Below, piece after piece: positions 36,850 through 45,563 of a DNA stretch of 64,000 bases. The position numbers were made by a program, and so were the translations under genes. The stretch covers positions 1,056,001 through 1,120,000 of the forward strand of contig OZ242318.1 in NCBI GenBank assembly GCA_965208105.1, given 5' to 3'. The first letter of the stretch is position 1; each line of letters opens with the position of its first letter. The notes beneath the pieces are model-generated. The model was not told where the DNA came from and did not search any database. It saw only the letters and a list, made by a program, of their open reading frames with translations. This DNA is from Candidatus Latescibacterota bacterium. GTDB taxonomy: Bacteria; Latescibacterota; UBA2968; UBA8231.

Positions 36850-38439
36850 TCAAACCTGGTAGGCGAAGACCTTGGCCTGGAACATGCGGATCCGGACCGC
36901 CACCATCTCTCCCACCCCGGAAAGGTCGCTGTTTCCGTTCCAGGTGACCGTCCGGTCGAGCGCATCTCCTGTCAGCAGGTCGCATTCATCGAAGGTCAGG
37001 CCGGCGACCGGATCGACGTCGGGGTGGATCCGCGAGGGAATGTTGCGCAGAATCTCGGCCTTGATCCAGCCGCCCGGGCGGCAGCGGTAGTTGAGCCTGA
37101 GCTGACGGGCGGACCTCTCCACGGTGGGCAAGGTAAAGCGTCCCTCCACATCCGCTTCGATGCCGCAGAACCCGTGGGGCCGCCACCGGGCCCATTGCAG
37201 CACCGTCCTGTGCTCTCTCCTGCCGGGCTCGTTGTGCAGCGAGGTGTGCCCTCCGTACAGAGACCCCCAGCGGCCGTCGGGCAATTCCGCGATGCCGCTG
37301 CCCCAGGAATAGACCATGGCCTCGTCGGGATCTCCCGGCCTCCCCACGGGAATGATCGCCTTGCGCTCCGGCCGCTGCCAGATCAAACCGTCGCGGCTGA
37401 CAGCGAGCTGGCTGTCCACGTGGTCGGTGGCGTGATGGTAGGCCTGCACCAGCATGCAGTGCAGGTCGTCCCCGCCCGGATAGGGGAAGTAGTCGGCGCC
37501 GTAGAAGGAGAGGTCGGGCTCGTCCTGGCCGTCGGGAAAGATGAGGAGCTTGGGAGCGGGCCAATGGTTGAAGTCCCTGGTGCGGGTCAGCCCGATGGCG
37601 CGGTGGAAGATGCCGTCCTCGGGAACGCCGCTGCCGATCAGGTCGAACTGTTCCTGGGGGACCCCCTGGATGCGGCAGTAGGCGTAGTAGTAGCCGGATT
37701 TCTCGTCGTACCTGACCGATAGGCCGCCGTCCATGGGATAATCGGCGAGAATCCCGCCGGCCTGCTTCCAGTGAATGCGGTCGGGGGAGACCCACCCGAT
37801 TACCCTGCCCTTGAGAACCAGCCGGGGCCCCTCGAAGGCCGGACCCAGGTATTCCTGATCTGCCCACCACTTATCGACGGATTCATCCTCCACCTCCTCG
37901 CCCTCGTTGGCGACCTCGCTGGTCTCCGAGTTGACCCTGGCCCCCTCGCAACCCATGCCCTTGAAGCGCTCCTCGGGCGGCGCGGTTGGATCCTCGAATA
38001 CCGCTTTGAGCATGTCGCCACCCACGTCGGTAACCAGGTTGTTGTCCTTCGAGCCGTTGCGCTCGATGACGCCCAGGGGCGGCCGGGTCCAGCGGTAAGC
38101 GTCATCGCTTACCGCGTATGCCACGTGCCTCCCCTGGTAGTAGAGCAGGTGGTAGCGGCCATCGTCCTGCCACACCCGCACGGAGTTGCCGACGCCGCCG
38201 ATTTCGGCATCCACCTCGCCCTCGAACTCGAGGGGAGCGGATTTGTCAGCCTCCTCGATCGCCAGACGGACCCCGATGGGGGCATCGTAGAGTTCGAACG
38301 CGCCGCTGCGGCCTGCGGCGCGATGGCCCGGAAACACCTCCGTCAAATCGACCAATGGACGCCACTGCCCCGCGTTCTTCCTGGGCCTGACCCAGTCTCC
38401 GGGGAAATAACCGCGCACATCCTTCCATCCGTTACTCAT
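36850..38439 (-). CDS. Putative beta-propeller glycoside hydrolase-like protein
   Basis: YAVSDDAYRWTRPPLG, SPDRIHW, SRDGLIW; paralog of 17622-19109. Confidence 0.65.
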   Translation of the reverse strand: MSNGWKDVRGYFPGDWVRPRKNAGQWRPLVDLTEVFPGHRAAGRSGAFELYDAPIGVRLAIEEADKSAPLEFEGEVDAEIGGVGNSVRVWQDDGRYHLLYYQGRHVAYAVSDDAYRWTRPPLGVIERNGSKDNNLVTDVGGDMLKAVFEDPTAPPEERFKGMGCEGARVNSETSEVANEGEEVEDESVDKWWADQEYLGPAFEGPRLVLKGRVIGWVSPDRIHWKQAGGILADYPMDGGLSVRYDEKSGYYYAYCRIQGVPQEQFDLIGSGVPEDGIFHRAIGLTRTRDFNHWPAPKLLIFPDGQDEPDLSFYGADYFPYPGGDDLHCMLVQAYHHATDHVDSQLAVSRDGLIWQRPERKAIIPVGRPGDPDEAMVYSWGSGIAELPDGRWGSLYGGHTSLHNEPGRREHRTVLQWARWRPHGFCGIEADVEGRFTLPTVERSARQLRLNYRCRPGGWIKAEILRNIPSRIHPDVDPVAGLTFDECDLLTGDALDRTVTWNGNSDLSGVGEMVAVRIRMFQAKVFAYQV

Positions 38440-38526
38440 CGCAATCCTCTTTCTTCGATTGGTGCGGTCCGTCTCGATCCAGGACCACGTCCAGTGATAG
38501 CGCTGGTGCTCCGGCAGGGGTCTTAC

Positions 38527-39429
38527 TCAACTGTCTACTCTCTCCAGGATGGACCAGTCGAAATCCACCATCTCCAGGTTCAGGCCGCGCCAATAGTACT
38601 TGTACTCGTCCGAGTCCCAGCCCTCGTAGGCCTCGTCCCAGGTCATCAGGTTCACGTGGGGCTTGAGCGACATCTCCTCCACCGGCAGCGACATGGGCTG
38701 GTAGCGGTAGTCGCACGACAGCCGCACCCTGTCCCGGGTCAGATTGGGCAGCGACCGGTGCACCGTATGGCTGTGGAAGAGGATGGCGTCGCCGGCCTCC
38801 AGGTCCCCCTCGACCCAGTCGTGGTCCACCTCGTCGAGGACCACGCTGCGGTGGCCGGCTCCGGAGGCGCTTCTCACCGGCAGAATGTCCAGCTTGTGGG
38901 TGCCGCGCATCAGGCTCAGGCCGCCCAAATCCCTGGGGCAATCCCCAAGGGGCAACCAGCAGGTATAGGTGGTCCGCGTCCCCTGGATGTAGATGTAGTC
39001 CTGGTGGGGCGGCGTGGGAGCGGCCTCGCGGTGCGGCGCCATCAGCCGGGCTATATTGCGCGGGTGGACGAAGGCTGGCTCGCCGAAGATCTTCTCGCAG
39101 AGGCCGACGATGGCGGGGTGGTGCGCCAGTTGATGGAACTCCTTCATCCGGTAGACGTCCTGGTAGGCCCTCTTGTCGGCGCCGTTGGAAGCGTAGCTCT
39201 CGACCTCGTCGATCGACGGACTGACGATGCCCTCCTCGGGGTCCGTTCCGGGCAGGAGCCACCCCCTTGCATCGAACATGCGCAGGATGAGGCGGCGCAG
39301 CTCGAGCACTTCATCCTTGGGAACGAGGCCGCGGAAAAGGCCGAAACCGTCCTCGTCCATCCTCCGCCTGAGGGCATCCACATCCTCGGCCAGCGCGCTC
39401 ATGTCCTGGAATTCAGCGACCTTTGCCAA
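38527..39429 (-). CDS. PhyH-family dioxygenase
   Basis: LRRRMDEDGF, TPPHQD, WLPLGD, FHSHTVHRSLPN...RLSCDYRYQ. Confidence 0.9.
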   Translation of the reverse strand: MAKVAEFQDMSALAEDVDALRRRMDEDGFGLFRGLVPKDEVLELRRLILRMFDARGWLLPGTDPEEGIVSPSIDEVESYASNGADKRAYQDVYRMKEFHQLAHHPAIVGLCEKIFGEPAFVHPRNIARLMAPHREAAPTPPHQDYIYIQGTRTTYTCWLPLGDCPRDLGGLSLMRGTHKLDILPVRSASGAGHRSVVLDEVDHDWVEGDLEAGDAILFHSHTVHRSLPNLTRDRVRLSCDYRYQPMSLPVEEMSLKPHVNLMTWDEAYEGWDSDEYKYYWRGLNLEMVDFDWSILERVDS

Positions 39430-39447
39430 CCCGTCCTCCTTTCGGCA

Positions 39448-40836
39448 TCAGAACTGCTCCTCCGGCTCCATCATGTATTCAGGGGCCCTGTTCTCGAAGG
39501 TGGCGCATTCCCCGTTCCATGCCATGTCCACCGACCCGACCGGACCGTTGCGCTGCTTGCCGATGATGATTTCGGCATGGCCTTCCATACTGTCGCCGTC
39601 AGGATCTTTCATGCCGTAGACCTCGGGCCGGTAGATGAACATCACCAGGTCGGCGTCCTGCTCGATGGACCCTGACTCGCGCAGGTCCGAAAGCTGCGGG
39701 CGGCGGTCGGTGCGGCTCTCCACGGCGCGCGACAACTGGGCCATGGCCAGCACCGGGAGGTCCAGCTCCTTGGCCAGGGCCTTGAGCCCCCGGGAGATGT
39801 GCGAGATTTCCTGTTCTCGGCTGTTGAACTGCTGATGTCCGCTCATCAGCTGCAGGTAGTCGACCACTATGAGGCCGACCCCGTGCTCGCGCTGCAGGCG
39901 GCGGGCCTTGGCGCGGGCCTCCAGGACGGTGATACCGGGAGTGTCGTCGATGTAGATGGGGGCCTGCGCCAGCCGGGTGATATTCCGGGTCAGGTGCACC
40001 CAGTCGTCTTCGCGCAGGCGGCCGGTGCGCAGCTTGTGCAGGTCCAGCCGGGTCTCGATGCACAGGAGGCGTTGAGCCAACTGCGTGCTGGACATCTCCA
40101 GGCTGAATATGCCCACCCCCACCCCCGCCTCCATGGCCGCGTTCCGCGCCAGGCACAGGCCCAGGGCGGTCTTGCCGACGCTGGGGCGGGCGGCCACGAT
40201 CACCAGGTCGCCGCTCTGGAACCCGGAGGTCAGGTCGTTGAGGTCGCGGTAGCCGGTCTCCACGCCTGAAACGGTGCTGGCCTGGCTGTGGACCCGCTCG
40301 ATCTGCTCGACGGTCTCCCCCAGGACGCTGTCGAGCTTGGCAAAACCCTGGCTCAGCCCCCTTTCCGACAGGGCGAAGATCCGCTGCGCCGCCCAGTCGA
40401 TCACCTCGTGGATATCGCGGTGGTCCTCGTAGGCCTGCTCGCTCATCTGGGCCGAGGTCTCGATCAGCTTGCGACCGAGAGCCTTTTCCAGCACGATCCT
40501 GGCGTGGTGGTCGATGTTGGCGGCGCTCGCCACCTGCGTGGCCAGGGTCGCCAGGTAGACCCTGTCGCCCACCTCCTCCAGTTGACCGCGCTTTCTCAGC
40601 TCCTCCGCCAGGGTGAGCTGATCGACCGCTTCGTTGCCTTCGTAGAGCGCGAGGATGGCCTCGTAGATCTGGTTGTGGGACTTGTGGTAGAAACAGTCGG
40701 TGTCGAGGATCTCGATGGCGCGTCCGATGGCGCGCCGGTCGATGAGCATGGCGCCCAGAACGGCCTGCTCCACCTCCAGGGCCTGTGGCGGCAGGCGCTC
40801 CACGTTCGCTCCCCGGTCGAGGTGGGCCTGGCTCAT
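39448..40836 (-). CDS. dnaB: Replicative DNA helicase
   Basis: PPQALEVEQAVLG, AARPSVGKT, FSLEMS, VDYLQLM, QLSRAVE...DLRESGSIEQDAD, KQRNGP; no intein. Confidence 0.98.
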   Translation of the reverse strand: MSQAHLDRGANVERLPPQALEVEQAVLGAMLIDRRAIGRAIEILDTDCFYHKSHNQIYEAILALYEGNEAVDQLTLAEELRKRGQLEEVGDRVYLATLATQVASAANIDHHARIVLEKALGRKLIETSAQMSEQAYEDHRDIHEVIDWAAQRIFALSERGLSQGFAKLDSVLGETVEQIERVHSQASTVSGVETGYRDLNDLTSGFQSGDLVIVAARPSVGKTALGLCLARNAAMEAGVGVGIFSLEMSSTQLAQRLLCIETRLDLHKLRTGRLREDDWVHLTRNITRLAQAPIYIDDTPGITVLEARAKARRLQREHGVGLIVVDYLQLMSGHQQFNSREQEISHISRGLKALAKELDLPVLAMAQLSRAVESRTDRRPQLSDLRESGSIEQDADLVMFIYRPEVYGMKDPDGDSMEGHAEIIIGKQRNGPVGSVDMAWNGECATFENRAPEYMMEPEEQF

Positions 40837-40872
40837 TTCATCAACCCTTCAAGGTATTCGCGGGACGGCACG

Positions 40873-41039
40873 CTAGTGCCTGCTTGCGTAATTAAGCGTA
40901 CGAACGAGGGCGCAGAAGCGCCCGGCTCGCAAGGCGCCTGAGCGAGTCTTACCTGGAGTGTACGGCGAGGGAGGGCAACGCCGCGAGCCGGGATGCAGCG
41001 GCGGCCGAATTCACGCGGAATTGCGCAAGCAGGCACTAG
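40873..41039. mobile_element. MITE copy 1 (163 bp plus duplicated CTAG)
   Basis: Ends CTAGTGCCTGCTTGCGtAATT / AATTgCGCAAGCAGGCACTAG; three substitutions relative to copy 2; right CTAG contains the udg stop. Confidence 0.92.
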
Positions 41040-41752
41040 AGCTCCAGGCCGTCGTACTGGAGCCGCAACTGCTTCATGTCTTCCCAGGCGCCGCGCTTCC
41101 ATCCTGGATTGCGCAGCAGGGCGGCGGGATGATAGGTGACGACGAGAGGAATGCCCTCGTACTGGTGCAGGTGTCCGCGCAGCTCCCTCATGGGGGCGCC
41201 TGTCTGCAGCAGGGCCTGGGAGGCGATGCGGCCGAGGGCGCAGATGACCCGCGGCTGGATGATGCTGATCTGGCGCTTCAGGTAGGGGGCGCAGGATTCG
41301 ATCTCGTCGGGCTGCGGGTCGCGGTTTTTGGGCGGATGGCACTTGATCATATTGCAGATGTAGACGTCCTCGCGCCGCATCCTGATGGCCTCGATCATCC
41401 GGGTGAGCAGCTGGCCGGCCGCGCCCACGAAGGGCAGTCCCTGGCGGTCTTCCTCGAAGCCCGGAGCCTCGCCGACGAAGACGATGCCGGCTGCAGGATT
41501 GCCCGAGCCGAAGACGAAGCGGCGCCGGGTCTTTCCAAGGCGGCATAGGGTGCATTCGCAGATCTCGCGGCAGAAGGATTCGAGCTCCCGGCCGGATGCC
41601 TTCTCGGCTTCCTGGATCCTCCTGCCCTCCGCCTCCAGCAGGGATGCGGGAGCTATGAAGCGATCGCCTTCGAAGGCCGACAGGTCTTCGAGGTAGCGCC
41701 GAATCTGGGCGGCGATCTCGGCGGCTTCTTTGCGGCCGGCCACGGGGCTCAC
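41036..41752 (-). CDS. udg: Family 4 uracil-DNA glycosylase
   Basis: CTLC, VGEAPG, PFVGAAG, KCHPPKNRDP, TYHPAALLR. Confidence 0.95.
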   Translation of the reverse strand: MSPVAGRKEAAEIAAQIRRYLEDLSAFEGDRFIAPASLLEAEGRRIQEAEKASGRELESFCREICECTLCRLGKTRRRFVFGSGNPAAGIVFVGEAPGFEEDRQGLPFVGAAGQLLTRMIEAIRMRREDVYICNMIKCHPPKNRDPQPDEIESCAPYLKRQISIIQPRVICALGRIASQALLQTGAPMRELRGHLHQYEGIPLVVTYHPAALLRNPGWKRGAWEDMKQLRLQYDGLEL

Positions 41753-41776
41753 CGGCCTTGCGCCCGGGAGCGGGTG

Positions 41777-41805
41777 AAGATGCCTTTCGCGCCCATCTCT
41801 GTCAA
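41777..41805 (-). promoter_or_regulatory. Sigma70-type promoter for udg-dnaB
   Basis: TTGACA-N17-CATCTT on minus strand. Confidence 0.55.
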
Positions 41806-41827
41806 GCCTCTCCGAACCGGTCCCCGG

Positions 41828-42790
41828 TCATTCACCGCCCGCCTCCCTGGCCGCCTCTTTGGCCTCCTGGATGAGCCTGAGGGCCTCGTCGCTGCGGGTG
41901 ACCATGATATCCGCCGTATCGCCGTAGATGTCCTCCGCCAGGGGGTCCGCCCCTGCCTCGAGCAGGACCTTCACAAGTCCTTCGCTATCGTTGCCGGCGG
42001 CCTTCATCAGGGGCGTCTGGCGGGACGTGTTAGTCGCGTTCACGTCCGCTCCCCCCTCCAGCAGGATCTCCACCGTGCTGGCCAGGTCGCGGACGATTGC
42101 GCGCATCAAAGCGGTGTTGCCGCGCTCGTCTCCAGCCTCCGTGTCGGCCCCTCCCTCCAGCAAGACCTCCACGCACTCGTCCTGCCCCTTCTCCGCCGCC
42201 AGGATCAGGACGGAATCGCCCTCCTTGTCCTTCGTATCGACATCCGCCCCCGCTTCCAGCATGGTCCTGACTACCTCGGCGAAATCCCCGATCACCGCCT
42301 GCACCATGACCGACTCGCCGTACTGGTTTTTCGCGTGTATGTCCGCCCCCGCCACTATCAGGGTCTGGACGACGTCGAAGTGGCCCTTGTCCGCCGCCCG
42401 GCTCAAGGCCGTCTCACCGTTGTTGTTCTGTGCGTTTACGTCGGCCCCGGCCCGCACCAGGACCTCCAACGCCCCGCCGTGCCCGCCGTTGGCACTCCGC
42501 ATCAAAGCGGTCCAGCCGAATCTGTCCCGGGCCTCGGCATCCGCACCCGCCTGCAACAAGATTTCCACGACCTCTCCATGGCCCGCGGCTGCGGCCTCCA
42601 GCAAGGGGGTCCAGTCGAAGTCGCTTTTGGCGTTCACGTCCGCTCCCGCCTGCAGCAATCGCCCGACCTCGGCCTGGTCGCCCGCCTTTGCCGCGGCCAC
42701 CAGCTTCAGCCCGGCCTCCTTGCCGCCGGTGCAGGCGGCGAGTCCGATAGCCAACCCCACCAGGGCCGTGAATGTCGTCATTCGAGGCAT
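41828..42790 (-). CDS. Ankyrin-repeat lipoprotein (~8 repeats)
   Basis: LAAC lipobox; repeated TPL/TAL..AA..G...V..LL.AGADV.A 33-aa units. Confidence 0.93.
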   Translation of the reverse strand: MPRMTTFTALVGLAIGLAACTGGKEAGLKLVAAAKAGDQAEVGRLLQAGADVNAKSDFDWTPLLEAAAAGHGEVVEILLQAGADAEARDRFGWTALMRSANGGHGGALEVLVRAGADVNAQNNNGETALSRAADKGHFDVVQTLIVAGADIHAKNQYGESVMVQAVIGDFAEVVRTMLEAGADVDTKDKEGDSVLILAAEKGQDECVEVLLEGGADTEAGDERGNTALMRAIVRDLASTVEILLEGGADVNATNTSRQTPLMKAAGNDSEGLVKVLLEAGADPLAEDIYGDTADIMVTRSDEALRLIQEAKEAAREAGGE

Positions 42791-42896
42791 GATCTCCCTC
42801 CCTCTGGTCTCATTGGTGCACTTCCGTCGTAAAGAGTTTCAATCCTGTCAGGCCGGGGCTTCTCCCCCGGCCAGGTGGAGGAGGCGGGAACCACGA

Positions 42897-44114
42897 TCAC
42901 GCCCCGGCGCGCTCCGCCCACAGTTCCCCCAGGCGGTCGAGGACGCGGTCGGCCACCGCCAGCTTGCTCATCTTGGGCAGCTCTTCCACCTTGCCGCCGG
43001 CGTCGATCAGAGTGACCACGTTGGTGTCCGAGCCGAATCCGGCATCTTCCCTGCCCACGTCATTGAGGACGATCAGGTCGCAGTTCTTCTTCTCGAGCTT
43101 CTCCCTCGCCCGCGCCAGGCCGGGCTCGGTCTCGGCGGCGAAGGCCACCAGCACCTGGTCCTGCTTGCGGCGCCCAAGACCCGCCGCGATGTCCGGGTTC
43201 TCCACCAGCTCGATGACGCGGGAACCTTCCCCCCGCTTTATCTTCTGCCCGGCCACCTGCCGCACCCTGTAGTCGGCCACCGCCGCCGCCATGACCACCC
43301 CGTCCATCCCGGCGAACAGCTCATCCACCGCGGCCTGCATCTCCAGGGTGGAGCGCACGGCGGTGTGCCGGACCCCGGCCGGGGGCGCCAGGTCGGTGGG
43401 ACCGGCGACCAGCCAGACCCGGGCGCCGCGCTCGCGCGCCCGCTGCGCCATGGCATAGCCCATCTTGCCGGTGGAGCGATTGCCGATGAAACGCACCGGG
43501 TCGATGTCCTCCACCGTGGGACCGGCGGTCACCAGGACCTTGCGGCCGTCGAGATCGGCGCGCCCGGCGAAGTGGCGCAGGATGGCGGCGGCGATGGTCC
43601 CCGGGTCGGCGAGGCGGCCCTGGCCAACCTCTCCCGAAGCCAGCTCACCGGTTTCGGGCTCCACCCACAAAAACCCGCGCTCCCGCAGCCGGGCGACATT
43701 GCGCTGCACCGCGGCGTTGTGAAGCATGCCCTCCTCCATGGCCGGCGCCACCAGCACGGGGGCGGTGGTGCTCAGCAGCAGGGTGGAAAGCAGATCGTCG
43801 CCAATGCCGTTGGCCATCTTGGCGATGATATTCGCGGTGGCCGGGGCGACCACCACCAGATCGGCCCAGGCGGCCAGTCCAACGTGCAGCACGGGAAACT
43901 CCCGCGAGGACTCGAAGAGACCGGTGTGCAACGGATGCCTGGAAAGCACCTCGAGGGTGGCGGGGGCGACGAACTTGTGCGCCGCCTCGGTCATCACCAC
44001 GCGCACATCGGCGCCCTCCCCGACCAGCTCGCGCAGGATCAACACGGCCTTGTAGGCGGCGATCCCCCCGCTGATTCCGAGCACGATCCTGCGCCCTTCA
44101 AGAGCGGTGCTCAT
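42897..44114 (-). CDS. coaBC: Phosphopantothenoylcysteine decarboxylase/phosphopantothenate-cysteine ligase
   Basis: GISGGIAAYK, APATAN, APAM, VTAGPT...DPVRFIGNRSTGKMG, AAAVADY, FAAET. Confidence 0.97.
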   Translation of the reverse strand: MSTALEGRRIVLGISGGIAAYKAVLILRELVGEGADVRVVMTEAAHKFVAPATLEVLSRHPLHTGLFESSREFPVLHVGLAAWADLVVVAPATANIIAKMANGIGDDLLSTLLLSTTAPVLVAPAMEEGMLHNAAVQRNVARLRERGFLWVEPETGELASGEVGQGRLADPGTIAAAILRHFAGRADLDGRKVLVTAGPTVEDIDPVRFIGNRSTGKMGYAMAQRARERGARVWLVAGPTDLAPPAGVRHTAVRSTLEMQAAVDELFAGMDGVVMAAAVADYRVRQVAGQKIKRGEGSRVIELVENPDIAAGLGRRKQDQVLVAFAAETEPGLARAREKLEKKNCDLIVLNDVGREDAGFGSDTNVVTLIDAGGKVEELPKMSKLAVADRVLDRLGELWAERAGA

Positions 44115-44661
44115 TCTCCCCTTTCCTTCGCTGCAAGCGGGAGATGATCAAATCGGCCACCCGCCCCTGCGAGCTGCGTTCCGTATCCACGACCAGATCG
44201 TACACAGAGAGATCCTCCATGTCTATAGCGTGATGGCGGCAATAGCGCGCCGCCTCGGAACCTTCGCGTTCCTCCATGGCGCACAGGGCCTGCGGGAGCG
44301 TCTGTCCGTCGCGGCGGCCGATGCGGGCGGCGCGCGTCGGCGCCGATGCCTGCAGCCAGACCTTCAGCGCCGGCAGGCCGTGGCGGGCGGCCATCCAGCC
44401 GGTGACGCGCCCCTCCAGGATCACCCCCCGGCACCGCCGCGCCTCCTCCACCATGCGGGCGTCGAGCCCGGTGTCGATGCGGGAGTCGGTCTCGGCGCGG
44501 CGGCCGAACTCGGCCAGCGTGACACCGGCCTCCGCGGCCATGGTGCGGAAGATGCCCCCGGCGTTAATGTACCGCCATTGCAGGCGCTCCGCCAACCGCC
44601 GGCTGGTGGTGGTGGTGCCGCTGCCGGGAAGCCCGCTCACCGCAATGATGCCTTCCTTCAC
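44098..44661 (-). CDS. cmk: Archaeal-type (d)CMP kinase
   Basis: VSGLPGSGTTT P-loop, AGGIFRTMA, ILEGRVTGW, RAARI, YDLVVDT. Confidence 0.85.
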   Translation of the reverse strand: MKEGIIAVSGLPGSGTTTTSRRLAERLQWRYINAGGIFRTMAAEAGVTLAEFGRRAETDSRIDTGLDARMVEEARRCRGVILEGRVTGWMAARHGLPALKVWLQASAPTRAARIGRRDGQTLPQALCAMEEREGSEAARYCRHHAIDMEDLSVYDLVVDTERSSQGRVADLIISRLQRRKGENEHRS

Positions 44662-44669
44662 TACTCACC

Positions 44670-45551
44670 TCAGGCCAGGTTCTGCACCTGCTCGCGCAGG
44701 CGTTCCACCTCTTCCTTGATCTCCAGCACCAGGTGGACGATCTCCGATTCCGTGGACTTGGAGCTGATGGTATTGGCCTCCCTGTTCATCTCCTGGAGAA
44801 TGAAATTCAGCCGCCTGCCCACCTCCCCTCCCCTGTCCAGGGTATCGAGGAACTGAGCGTTGTGGCTGCGGAAGCGCACCACCTCCTCGGTGGTATCGCT
44901 GCGCTCGGCCAGCATGACCACTTCCTGCGCCAGGCGGTCCTCGTCCACCTCGCCGGGACGCAGCAGGGCTTCGACCCGCTCCCGCAGGCGCGCCCGCAGG
45001 CGGCCGCGGGCCTCCGCCGCCATGGCCTCGACCCGCTCAAGCGTTTCCTGCAGCCCGAGCACCCGTTGCCGCAGGTCCCGGCCCAGTGCCTCGCCCTCCC
45101 TGGCGCACATGCGGACGAAGTCGTCGAGGGCGGCGTCCACGGCTCCGGACAGCAACTCCTCAACCGCTTCGGGCTGCAGCGTTGTCGGCGCGCTCTTGAA
45201 AAGACCGGGAAGCCCGGCCACCAGGGCCAGATCGGGACGGCCTTCCATTCCGCCTATGCCGCCGCACAGCTTTTCGAGCTCATCGTAATAGTGCCGCGCC
45301 AGATCTTCGTCCAGGACGGGCAGGGGGTTTGCCGCGGCCGCCTCTTCCCAGTCGACGAATACCGTTATCTTGCCGCGGCCGATGCGGCGGCGCAGCCTCG
45401 CCCTGACCCCGGCCTCGAATCTCTGAAGGCGGGGGGGGCAGCGGATCTGGATATCGCAGTAGCGGCTGTTGACCGAGCGCAGCTCGACCTTCACCTGCCC
45501 GTGTTCCCCTTCGGCGGAGCCGCTGCCGAATCCCGTCATGCTGCTGATCAT
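44670..45551 (-). CDS. yicC: YicC/YloC-family endoribonuclease
   Basis: SMTGFG, ELRSVNSRY, GRRLNFILQEMNREANTISSK, REQVQN. Confidence 0.95.
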   Translation of the reverse strand: MISSMTGFGSGSAEGEHGQVKVELRSVNSRYCDIQIRCPPRLQRFEAGVRARLRRRIGRGKITVFVDWEEAAAANPLPVLDEDLARHYYDELEKLCGGIGGMEGRPDLALVAGLPGLFKSAPTTLQPEAVEELLSGAVDAALDDFVRMCAREGEALGRDLRQRVLGLQETLERVEAMAAEARGRLRARLRERVEALLRPGEVDEDRLAQEVVMLAERSDTTEEVVRFRSHNAQFLDTLDRGGEVGRRLNFILQEMNREANTISSKSTESEIVHLVLEIKEEVERLREQVQNLA

Positions 45552-45563
45552 GCAAATCCTCCT

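Noticed and set aside
39448-40836. Intein in DnaB
   Set aside because: Normal length with contiguous motifs.
37771-44147. Long plus-strand ORFs (37771-39675, 41928-44147 and similar elsewhere)
   Set aside because: Antisense shadows of well-supported genes in high-GC DNA.
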